Positions 25,401 through 37,029 of a stretch of 64,000 bases of DNA are shown piece after piece (the stretch's first letter is position 1; every line of letters begins with the position of its first letter). This DNA is from Ostrea edulis (Eukaryota): assembly GCF_947568905.1 (NCBI RefSeq), contig NC_079165.1, forward strand, positions 56,730,001-56,794,000. Reading direction: 5' to 3'. The translations under genes were made by a program, and so were the position numbers. The notes under the pieces were generated by a model. That model had not been told where the DNA came from. It ran no database searches and was given only the letters and a program-made list of their open reading frames with translations.

Positions 25401-26085
25401 ATTGAAATGGTATTTCACTGTGACTAGTCTTTAAGGGGTGAAGGGTTTATCAGAAATGACATATGGTCTGTAGGGGGTATGTATTGTATGTTGAAATATA
25501 CCTATCTGATGAGGAAATGAGGAATTGATATTGTTGATATGATATCTGACTGCCTTTTATTTGAAATACAAAACAAAAACTAACCACAGCCAGTATTCTA
25601 GATAAAAATATTGAATTGTATGATGATTTTTAGGGTGTTGAATGAAATTAATATGCAAATCTACAGCCCAAAAAAAAAAGATTTCGTCTTTGATATTTAT
25701 TAAAGCTAGCCACACATAAAGATAAGCAACTAAACTCCTTCAGATGTATATGGAAAGGTTATAATTATAACAAAAACTGCTATAAAGATAAATAATCACA
25801 GAAATGTTGAAATATGTTCATATTCATAAAAAAATTAATTTTTGAATTGTGTTTAGTTGTCATTGTGACTATTTAGTGTGGATTTGAATCATTGGCATGT
25901 GTACCTGTATGGAAATGTACATAGCCTAAGAATTAAGTTTACTCTTGTATTCTCCTGCAGTTTTTTAAGCAGGTCAGTATTTTCAAAGCCATGTTAAGAA
26001 TTATTACAAGTACTCAAAGCACCATCTGCTGCAATATCATATTCTGATTTCTTGGAATGCATGTTGCCAGTATTGATCCTAATTG

Positions 26086-26482
26086 CATCTAGTGCATCAA
26101 AACAGACACAGAAGATCAGTCACATCACATCTCACATCTAGTGCATCAAAACAGTCTCATCACATCTCACATCTAGTGCATCAAAACAGTCTCATCACAT
26201 CTCACATCTAGTGCATCAAAACAGTCTCATCACATCTCACATCTAGTGCATCAAAACAGTCTCATCACATCTCACATCTAGTGCATCAAAACAGTCTCAT
26301 CACATCTCACATCTAGTGCATCAAAACAGTCTCATCACATCTCACATCTAGTGCATCAAAACAGACACGGAAGATCAGTCTCATCACATCTCACATCTAG
26401 TGCATCAAAACAGACACAGAAGATCAGTCTCGTCACATCTCACATCTAGTGCATCAAAACAGACACAGAAGATCAGTCTCAT
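26086..26482. repeat. 35-bp tandem repeat with ~49-bp variant units (~10 copies)
   Basis: catctagtgcatcaaaacagtctcatcacatctca; outer units carry an extra acac(a/g)gaagatcag. Confidence 0.92.
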
Positions 26483-29429
26483 AATTTACATCATTGTTAA
26501 ACGACACCACAAGTCATTTTTGACATATCCATGTTAGCACAAAACTAGATGTCAAAGATCATACTAGAAATCACATGGCATATCTGTGCTCTGCTACTAA
26601 CTCTAATGAAATACAAAAAGTCTCAGTACACTCAAATTTAGTTTGGAAGAAAAAGTTTCCAGGAAAATGGATTGGTCACTATTTAAGAACAAATGTTGAT
26701 GATATCCAATGACGTGTGCAAGATCATGCAAAAATTAATCAAAACAGCACTAGCCCCTATTTTACTTTAAAAGTTAGGAAATGATGATGAAGGCACACAA
26801 ATGTAATTGAGATGGCTGCTGCTGATTAGCAGGTATCCTTTGTCACCATCAGTATCCATGACTGTCATTGCATGGTGTCTTCTTTTCATTCTTCTTGGCA
26901 GTCTTGGCATTTTTATTCAGATTGAAGCAGTAATATGTGTCTGTGGTTAGATCAAGATGAATCACAGAGCAGTTTTCGTCTTGTGAAACTAAGCATTCAA
27001 ATGATTCGATACTTTGCAAGTTAACTTTAAGTACTGTATATACCATGCAATTGTATCTGCAACTTTTAGCTCACCTGAGCTGAAAGCATTTCTTGATTGA
27101 AAGAACAAGGTAGGATTTAGTCAAGTATAACCATCTGGAGTCCAGTTTTGCAAATATGAGGTAAATTATTTTTTGTATTATTATTTTTTTCATAATTGGG
27201 CATTTACTTGAAAGGCTTAAGATACTGCTCTTAATGTTACATAATTATATGATATGTTTTATCTAAGTTGATAGTTCATGCAGAAAACTGAAAAAGATAC
27301 AACCCTAAGAATACATGTACCATTTGTTCTTCATCATTCATCTGTCATTTGTTTATACTTTACACATAGTCTGAACACTGGGCCAATTTCAACCAATCAA
27401 ATAAAAAGGGTAAAAGGAATTCAAGCAACTTTGAACTCAGAGTCATTCCCCCTTCCAGGGAGATAATTAGGAAATGATGAAAACAGAGTATCATCATTTA
27501 AAAATTTCAAAACACTTGTGATAGTTTCTTTGCAAGATGAATATAGTTTACCAGTTTGCCAACACAATATGCAAGCATCTACTTGTAGTGTATCAGTTTG
27601 TTAAAATCATGAGAGGATAAGGGTTCTAGGTTGGAGCAACAACAAGGGTGCAAAGTATTTAACATGAATCTCAAAGAACTTAAAGAATGACACAGCTATA
27701 TCTTACCATTGCCAACATCCTCATGTAGTGAAGATTCTTCTTTTGTTTTAACCATAATGCCCCAGAGGACAATGTGCTTTATCAGGGCCCAATTAGTTGC
27801 AAGATTTACATACAAATATACACATGGAGATATATCATTTTAATAAAATATTCTTCTCAAGGGTAACACTCAGATACTGCTTGTGAAAGTAATGAGCAAG
27901 ACTATTAAGGTAGTGTGTGATCAGTTTTATTCGGAGCAGAATGACACCTTGATAAGGATGTGAAGTGTTACACAGCTCTACGTGTATTTATTTTAGCATG
28001 ATTCAAATTTTAGTGACTTTGACGGCGAAGCAAGAGCGCTAATTTATAGTTGTGCTAAAATATGGATTCTTTATCCACATTAAACAAGCGCTTATGCCAA
28101 ATAGTGAATCAGTTCCAGTTGCGCCAAATTTTAAGTACGCAAAATTTAAAACACGTAAGTAGTACTCCAGCATCCCCATGTAGAGTAGATTCATTTTTTC
28201 TAAACCAAGGCATCTGGGGCCACAGCGACTTTATATTTTTTGATATTTTTCCTTGCTTTTCCTCAGAAACTATTTGAGAATTTGAATGATGAAACTAGTG
28301 CAAGTATTATATTTGCTTATAATAATAATCTGATATTGGTCATTTTTGTCCATCACTTCCGTTCATCACAGGAAGTGATATAATATTATTCCTTTTGAGA
28401 CATTTTCTCATTTATGAAACATTTAATCAACATGAAATTTCATAGATGATAAACAGTATTGGAATTTTTCCACCCTGACAAATGTATAAAGATAACCCTG
28501 CTGCCCAATCCCATCAATTCATTGAATAAGTATTCTTTAATTTATAAACGTTGTCATTGTTATGTGTACAATGTAGTCATAGTATTTTCATTCTGATGTC
28601 ATAATGATGGATTTCCTGGAATATTTGCACAATGTGCTAATTTTTCAATAATTGGCTTTGAAAATTGAAGGTCGAACCACATCATATGACCACTGTAATT
28701 TTCACATAATTATTATTTGTGCTGTATTACATATTATACTTCAAAACTAGGAGGATGAATTCTTGCAGATTGCATTAGATAATCAAAATTCCAATGACAA
28801 AACCCTATTTTCTAAAAATTTGCAAAAAGTGAAAAGTGATGTATTTCAATTTTACTCAAAAGAAGAAAACAGGTGATGCTAATTATTGGCTTCAAAACAA
28901 GAATAAGACATTTTAAAGATATGTTGAACTGTGTAAAAAAAACCCAGAGAAAATGTAAAGAACATAAAAAAAAAGAAGAAAATTATGGTTAAAATAGGAA
29001 GTGAAACATGGGTTGGATTAGACATTTTAACTGTACTTGAATTTGTGTTTTGTAAGACCTTTAACCATTTTGATTAGTGGCTAGTTTAGCAATATCACTC
29101 ATCAGTTTTGGAACCATGTCTGAACCATCCAAATTCATATTGAAAGAGGTGTCTCTGGATGCTTGCATATCATTTTAAACAACTCTGATTTGTTAAATTG
29201 TTATTGGAAAGAAGATTCCAAAAGATTTCTACAGGATATCTTCATGCAATGTTTTAATTACAGGGCACACTCTAACCTTCATGGCCGTAATTTGAACATA
29301 TCTATAAAATTAATTAAAATTTATTTCAACAATTTGCAGCTCTTTTGTTCTTGAACAGATCTTTGCAATTGAGTTTCCCCATGATGCTTTTATATCTAAA
29401 ATTTTGCTTCACTGTTGTGGCCATACACT

Positions 29430-30040
29430 CCCCAGCAAAAATTTTAAGAACAGTTCATGAATTATTCAGAACTTTTCATGAATTGTTCTTGAACAATTGT
29501 TCCTGAACATGCTTAAACTATAACTCAACGGTTCTTGAACTTCTTAAGGATGTTCCTAAAATATCAAATGAAACAGGAATTTAGCATTTCAGGAACAGCA
29601 CCTGAACTCAAGATGTTCAAGAACATGGAACTTTTTAAGAACTGATTAAAATGAACAATGAAGAACTAAAGCTCTAGAACTGATCAAGAACTGGGTTGTT
29701 CTTGAATAATTCTGGAATCTCCTAAAATTTGAATGTTTAAAAATTCTTGTCTCATTTGATATTTCAGAAATGGTTCTGGTAAAATGCATGAACAAATTAA
29801 GGGATGTTCATTGAACAGTTCATGAACACCAGATCAGGTACACAAGAACAGGTTAACAAGAACTGATGTGGAACTGAAATTCTTTAACTGATCAAGAACC
29901 GAAATGTTCTTAAATAATTTTAGTAATTTCTGAAATGTAAAAATTCTTGTCTCATGTAATCTTTCAGTAACAGTTATGGTAAAATGCATGAACAAACAAA
30001 GGACTGTTCATGTACATGTTATAAGAACATTTCAAGAAAA
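29430..30040. repeat. GAAC/GTTC-rich degenerate repeat block with a diverged ~208-bp direct duplication
   Basis: aactgatcaagaac...aaaattcttgtctcat...ggtaaaatgcatgaacaaa occurs at ~29678-29810 and ~29886-30010. Probably a transposon remnant. Confidence 0.55.
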
Positions 30041-32079
30041 ATAGGTATTGGACTTTACCAAAACAAGTGCTACAAAGTACATACTTTCCTGTGAAATGTA
30101 AATACTTGTATCATATCCTTATGAACTTCCAGAGTAATTAAGCTCTGTAAACAATTGAACAGATCATTTAATTCAACACTGAAAATTCTACCAGAGGCCT
30201 ATCTATCATCCATAAGGGTTTGGTGTGTTAATCTGTTTACCGTTTCTGAGAACACTCACAGATAAAATCTCTTTTAAAAACCCAAAATCAGCCTTATTTG
30301 CTGACCAAAAGTGAATCTTTCTATATGTTTCAGAAGAAATAATTCCCTTTACAGTCTATCATCTGTGAAAATTTCATGTATTCACTCATTCATCTCTGAG
30401 AAATCTTCCGAACTAGAAGTTCTTAATGATAAGAAATAAAGTAAAAACAACATGTTCTCAAATTATGTTTTGGGAACGTAATAATGAATTATGCTTTGAA
30501 CAAATTATGATGAAACTACAATATTTGAATTAAAATATTCTGTAACACCCCTAACCCTTTAGCTAGTGACTATAATGTCTTGGGTGAGCATTGTGGCCTT
30601 ATTATCTAAGCCTCTTCTAGTTATTACCAGTTGTTCTCCATTAGTTCATACAATGTGCACACATTTTTTGTGAGAGATATGCAGAGAAAGAGAAAAAAAA
30701 TTATGAAAAGTTATATTGGTCGTGGTTTTTCCAGATGTCTTAGTTTAGTAAGTGTATACTATCACCAAAAGGAAGTTGATCAGTATAAGACATCGTTTAA
30801 AAAGCTTTTCATCACTGCATGAGGTTCATGACAAACACTTTGCACATGCTTTACAATCTTGGGGGTTAGGGCTGCAATTATTTTAAATGATATTCAGAAT
30901 ACTCCTTTGTTAAGAAATGAATGAATCTCTGTGCAAGTTAAAGTCCCATTATCATTCATTTTATAACCAGTTGTAAGAAAGGGGGGGAAATGGCAAAGTC
31001 AATTTTACTCTTACTTTTTTCTCCTTTGGTGTCATTAAATTAAGTATGGTTTCAATGGATAGAAACCCAACAATTTAACACACAATTACTTTGTGCAACA
31101 GGTGTGCGACAGGGATTGAAGACAGAGGAGAACTTTTTCTCATGACACTAACTCCGTTTTTCTGTACTTTGATGGCCATTTGTCAGAACTAACTGCTTGT
31201 TCTTCTGTTCTCCTGTAATTGCGGTCACCAAATTGCATGCAATTGCTTTCTGATGCAAAGCATACAAAGTAGAAATGATCATAGGTCAAACAATATACCG
31301 TAATTGCAAGGTCTAATATCTCTCTCTGTACATGTGTTCCTTTTCAGAGAGTTCTGAGGATAAAAGAATTTTTTTTAATGGAGACAAACTACATTGTGGC
31401 TCCACCTAAATAATTATTAAAAGTAATTAAAATCCATGCCCCCTACCAGAGGAGTTCCTAAGTTCTGTAGTAATACTTCTATCCATAGTGATATGTAATC
31501 TGGTGATCAATTACTTCACAGGAGGTCCAATATTACAAGAGCTAAATTAATATAGTTTTTATGTCAACAGTTCCCAGTACAAAAAGAGCTGATTCAGTGC
31601 ATTGCAATTAGGAAAGCATTATTAGAATTACCTTTGAAGGGACTCATCTTATGGAGATAAACTAAATTACAGTCTTTTTCATAACCCACGATCTTGACCT
31701 CAGAATGTAGGGAAGTGGTCAGGAAAAAACAACAAGTCATTTTGTCATTTTATGCCATTCTTTTTCAGAGAAAATACAACATGCATACTTTTATTTATGC
31801 ATTAGAAAAATTCACAAGATTCTCACAAATATTTCTTGCAGCATGATGGACATGATATGTTGTAATACATAAAGCGTATATATGTAGGCTTACTCATGAA
31901 TATAATTTGACACAATTTCTTTTGCATCGATTAAACAATAAAATGCTTTCTTTGCAATGTTGTTTCATTGGGTGATGAGGGTAGCAAGCATTGCAGAAAA
32001 AATGCATAAAAGACATCTTATTGTTTATATATTTATATTTGAATGTGTCTTTTAAAAATATGAACAAGAATTAGGTACC

Positions 32080-32730
32080 AATCTAATTAAAATCAGATCC
32101 TAAGATACGCTCACAGTTGCTACAATAGGATCTGACATAACCCCATAGGAGGTCACGTCCGCATGACCTTTTGCTTGGAATATTCATGAGAACTATATCA
32201 ACCAGCCAGATTGCGCCATACAGACAATGCTGGCTATGTAGGTGGTTCCCGGCAACTCGTAAATAAGTTGCAGTAATCTTTCTCCCATGAAGTTTATTCC
32301 ACACTATACAATTGTATATTCTCACATAAGGAATTTGAAATAATGCCTAATCTATTCCGTTCATACAAACAACAAAACGTATGATATAAAATACACCCAA
32401 ATTAAATTAATTGTGAATTGCGATTTATGTATGAATAGGGATGGGTACGATTTGAATAGTTTTCAAGTTGGTTTACTTAATTAATGCGAGGAATATAACG
32501 CCAGTTGGCATAAACAGTGCATTGTGACATCACATCTAGCTGCGATTTGTTTTCTTTCAAACCAAACAATCGAAGCCGTTTTCCTTGAATTGTGAACACC
32601 AACAATTTCATAAGCGACACGCTGATTGGCTAACAAAGTTCAAATGAACATGACCCCTAGTCGGGTTATGTCAGATCTTCTTATGCAGAGTATATGGCAC
32701 GGATCTAAGAAGTCTGATTTTAATTAGATT
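32080..32730. mobile_element. ~650-bp MITE with long imperfect TIRs
   Basis: Perfect 18-bp outer pair AATCTAATTAAAATCAGA (32080-32097) / TCTGATTTTAATTAGATT (32713-32730), plus inner pair GATCTGACATAACCC (32130-32144) / GGGTTATGTCAGATC (32663-32677). CpG-rich interior. Confidence 0.75.
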
Positions 32731-35275
32731 GAAGTAAGTACTAAAATATCATATAATTGACCCATTTTGTAATGTTAAACGGAAGTCAATGCACCCTTTG
32801 ACCTTAATAATGCTCAATATTTGGTAATAATTATGCAGACAGGTAATACTAAAACAACGGTTTGAATTAGTTTCCACCAAACACGTATTCATTGTCTATG
32901 ATGAAAGCAATGTCAATTTCAAAAGAAATGCATGTATAAGACAAAAGATTCAGTGGATGTAAAGATTAATATATGAAGGAAAATAAATGGGAATTTAATG
33001 ATTTAAAGTACTTTGTATTTGTTAATCTGTCAGTAGAACATTAGCCCTATATTTTTCAGGCCAAAAGGTTAAAGGTCACTTAAAGCTGTTTGCAAAATAC
33101 AAACGCTAAGTTTTGTATGACTGACGGACAACTGACTCTGTTGCCCTATTGATTTTTAGGTTGAACTGTGAAAGGTGACTTAAGGCTTCCTTGGTGCAGT
33201 GCTTCCACAGGAATGCCGCTTTTGTGAGGTGTGAATCACATTGTACAATTATTTCCATCCTATCATATAATATTTTATTCTTTATCCTATTACTCTTTCA
33301 TGTTTCTTTTTGCTGCTTTTGAAACAAAAAATCACCAATGACAAAAATGGTCAAGACCAGCTTGAGCTTGCTTTTTAATTTGTATTTACCATCTGCTTCC
33401 TGATACCTTTACGGGCAGGGTAGTAATGACAGGGATCTCTTTTCATTCAACGAAAACCTTGTAAGTCAGTTGCATATATGTACTATATGCCAGGATATTT
33501 TTGCCTTAATCCTCAAACAAACTTTTAGGAGTTGTACATAAGAATGACCATGGCTATACTGTCTGGACCATACCTTTGTAATGGACAGACATTAAAAATT
33601 ATACTTTGCACAAAGTTGCTCATGGCCAGGCTTGGATTTCTCGAACTTAAGTTTTGAGCTCAAGTTTTCTTTTATTTGAGCATGCAAAATTTGAGCAAAA
33701 TCTCAAGCTTAAAGTCCATGTTTCGACATAAGTTTATTTGGAGAAATTCAGGCTTGATAGTGTATCATGATTTGAACCAAGGTCAAAGTGCCTCACTAAT
33801 TTTGAGACATTACCGGTAGAAGCACAATTTGCTTATGGCTAAATGATATGTCATGACCTTAAATTAACGTCAAGGGTAAAAAAAATACTATGCTCAAGGC
33901 CACAAATTTGTAGCATTGAGTGAAGCATATACCTAGAAGAAATGTTGCATATGACCAGGTGCTGCATCATGACCCTATAAGCAAAATTTTAATTAAAGTT
34001 AAGTTCACTGGTTAAAATATTGAAATAATTATCCAGGTAATAACATTACAATTCGGAGATATTAAAAACTGATATTTAGCACAAAGGCTACAAGGTCGTT
34101 TGACCAAAGTCATGGATATTGGAAATTTTGTCGAAGCCATAACTTTGTAAAGGAAAAACATTAGTAGTTCACTTGGTACAAAGTGAACAGATGCTATGCC
34201 TTGACCTTGAACAAAGGTCATATGGCCAAGATCAAAGTCAGTGTGAGAATCAGTTATATATGCCACTTTTTGAGTAAGCTTTGGTTATTTTTATCCTTCA
34301 TCTGCCTTGCGAAATTAAAATGGGGCTTACATTAAGATATGACATACATCCAAAGAGACTAAATAGAATAGGGTGAATTCTAATGAAGTAAAATTGTATT
34401 ATGAAAAAACCACAATGTCAATATTTTCCAGTACATTTTGCAGTATTGCTATCTAAACTTTGCAAACTGAACCAGCAGCATTATGGATGATTGCAAAGTA
34501 CACATATCTTTGAGCTAGCTTCTACATGATACCTTGTCTTAAAGGTGAACCAAATTGCATTTGAGATGTGAACTTTTCTTCCTTCCTGTGGAGGAGTTGT
34601 AAATAATGCATATTTCTTCTTAGTGTTACATGTATAATCCTTATGTAGACCATGATCAGTCAATGATTAGAATTGTAATACCTGTACTTTTGATTTATCA
34701 CTTATGTACAAGTTCATAATTAGAGCTTGCATTGTGTACTGGCTTAATTGACAGTTAATCCTTACCATTATCAAAGATCTTCTTTTCCTCCTGTTTGTCT
34801 GAAACATTAACATTGCTCATAACTTTTGAATGGTGGCCGGGTGATAGGCCTCTCGTATGCATTCCTTGTGACAATACCTTTTTTCTGGTTTCAAAGTTTC
34901 TGACCTTGGAGTTGACCAACTTTGAAGAAAATTAAACCAAGGCAATAAAATAATCTCCTGAACTAAGAGGTAGAAATTTCATATTTCATAAAATATGACA
35001 AGACCTTTTATTTGATACCATGATCTTTGACCTTGTGACCTTCATCTTGGATTTTAACCCAAATTAAAAACTTAACCAAAACTTTAATGTTGATCATAAA
35101 TTTTGAATGATGAGTAATAATTAGGACTCTTATATTTCATACGAGTGTTTCTTGTGAAAAGTCATTTCATTTTTAACCTTGTGAGTTTGAAGAAGAAAAT
35201 TTAACAGTTTTGTTTCTATGTTGCCACTAGGGGCATAAGTTTCCAAACACATATTGTTAATGAATGAACTAAAGT

Positions 35276-35456
35276 CCTTAGTCAACCTAATCTCTCAGAC
35301 AACTGCTGCTAATGATTTGTAGTGGTCAGCCGGGTTCTTAGTCAACCTAATCTCTCAGACAACTGCTGCTAATGATTTGTAGTAGTCAGCCGGGTTCTTA
35401 GTCAACCTAATCTCTCAGACAACTACTGCTAATGATTTGTAGTGGTCAGCCGGGTT
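35276..35456. repeat. 60-bp tandem repeat, 3 copies, spanning the left junction of the TRIM
   Basis: Sequence rows 35281, 35341 and 35401 are near-identical; each unit ends in the LTR start tgtagt(g/a)gtcagccgggtt. Confidence 0.95.
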
Positions 35457-35576
35457 CGATCACTGGTGGTCAGTTAGCTCAGTTGATAGCTAGGGCACCT
35501 GGCTAGAAATTCAGGGGGCCTGGGTTCAAACTCCAGTCTGGTCCATTGCATTTTCTCTCTTCCTGTTATATGCAAT

Positions 35577-35694
35577 GTGAAGATGATGAACAGTGATCAA
35601 TCTCATAACTCCTATAAGCAATACAAAATAGATAGTTGGGCAAACACGGACCCCTGGACACACCAGAGGTGGGATCAGGTGCCTAGGAGGAGTA
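35577..35694 (-). mobile_element. 3'-end fragment of a Penelope-like element nested in the TRIM internal region
   Basis: Reverse complement aligns by eye with 39225-39350 (gcacctgat(c/a)ccacctct..., attttgtatt, gagattgat, tt(a/c)t(c/t)ttcac). Confidence 0.7.
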
Positions 35695-35819
35695 GACCAG
35701 CCCCTGGAACTGACAGGTGAAAATGCCTTCCAGGGGATTAAGATCCTGGGTTGATGTCTTCAGGTGTGAAGACATTAAGGAGGGAGGAATGTAGCGGTCA
35801 GCTTGGTTTGATCACTGGT

Positions 35820-35892
35820 GGCCAGTTAGCTCAGTTGGTAGGGCACCTGGCTAGAGATTCAGGGGGCCCGGGTTTGAATCCTGGTCTGGTCC
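35820..35892 (+). pseudogene. tRNA-like Pol III promoter inside LTR2 (sister copy at 35468-35544 in LTR1)
   Basis: Folds as GGCCAGT TA GCTC AGTTGGTA GGGC A CCTGG CTAGAGAT TCAGG GGGC CCGGG TTTGAAT CCTGG TCTGGTC C. A box TAGCTCAGTTGG, B box GGTTTGAATCC. The 8-nt anticodon loop and a T-T acceptor-stem mismatch argue against a functional tRNA. Confidence 0.75.
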
Positions 35893-36282
35893 GTTGCATT
35901 TTCTCCCTACCAGTTACAGATTCAGCAATGATTTTTAATAAATGGGTATTCTATGGAGCATCAAATTAACATTAACTAAAACAATTGAATATATTGTTCA
36001 TTATTTGAAGATATCAATTCATTTAATGCATGCAACAATTAATTCAATATGCCGGTTTTGAGATATTTCAGAATTATTTCCCTTTGAAGAACTCTTGTTC
36101 ATCAGTAAGGCGTGAAACAATTTGTTTACATGCGGGAGTGGGACAAATATCCATCACTGCATGAGTGAATGTGTTAAGGAAGTTTCTCATACCCAATTTC
36201 ATCACCCAAATTAGAATGATACACAAACTTAGTAAGTGATAAGTAGTCAGTGAGTAATTAAATACATGGAATTCTTTTAATA

Positions 36283-36814
36283 GAGGGCGAAGCACTCTCA
36301 CGGCCCGAAGGGCCGTGAGAGCGGAGCTCTCCCTATAGGTAACACGTATATACATGTTTAAAAGGAAAATAATGAAAAATTACACCATACCTATGGAACT
36401 TGAAAAGTTTGGTACCAATGGCTTCGATTCGAATATTAGCGCGTGGACATGTATTCCTTCATTTTGAATCTCGTCTACCCTAGCTCACGTCGTTCTGAGA
36501 TGTTACATAAAATCCGTAAAAGCATGTACATCTTATTTTCCTAATCATATATAATCACTCCACGATTAACGCCATGTTTTTTGTTGTGGTTCAAACGTTA
36601 TGTTTGTAAATTTGCTAAATAACGACGCTGAATATGACGTCACAATGTACTGTTTACATCGATTGCGTTATATTTCCCGTGTTCAATATATAGGCGGATC
36701 AAATGTCCAAAATTAGGATGCTTTGATACAGCTCCGTCCGCGTGCTAACTTCAGGTTGTTTTTGTCCTGATTTGGATATAGATACTAATGCCAAAACTTT
36801 TTTGCTTCGCCCTC
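36283..36814. mobile_element. Non-autonomous DNA element with 12-bp subterminal inverted repeats and a GAA-loop hairpin
   Basis: GAGGGCGAAGCA (36283-36294) / TGCTTCGCCCTC (36803-36814); 12-bp stem CTCTCACGGCCC-GAA-GGGCCGTGAGAG at 36295-36321. CpG-rich. Confidence 0.6.
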
Positions 36815-37029
36815 AAACACGGTAACGCCGTAAAACATATTATCATGTTATTTCGTTGCTCGTACATATCATACCCAGGATATTTACTTGCAAATATGAA
36901 TATTGTTTGTATGTTTCCACTTTAGTAGAAAAATTCTTTCAATAGTATTTTGTATTTCCAACACTTACATATTTAAAGAGAAGCCGCTTTTAATACATTT
37001 TATCATCTAGCTTACTGACTGTATGTCCA

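Larger units (their letters stand above)
35438..35918 (+). mobile_element. Terminal-repeat retrotransposon in miniature (TRIM) with tRNA-like sequence in both LTRs (Helenus-type)
   Basis: LTR1 35438-35570 (TGTAG...GTTATA) and LTR2 35790-35918 (TGTAG...GTTACA), about 85% identical by hand count. PPT AAGGAGGGAGGAA at 35777-35789 abuts LTR2. 4-bp TSD GATT at 35434-35437 and 35919-35922. Each LTR holds Pol III A and B boxes. Confidence 0.85.

Noticed and set aside
32150-32169. AGGTCA-N8-TGACCT nuclear-receptor-like inverted repeat
   Set aside because: One half-site is part of the MITE terminal repeat, so chance is the simplest explanation.
35820-35892. Functional tRNA gene
   Set aside because: It has an 8-nt anticodon loop, a T-T mismatch in the acceptor stem and TTTGAAT in the T loop, and it lies inside a repeated LTR.
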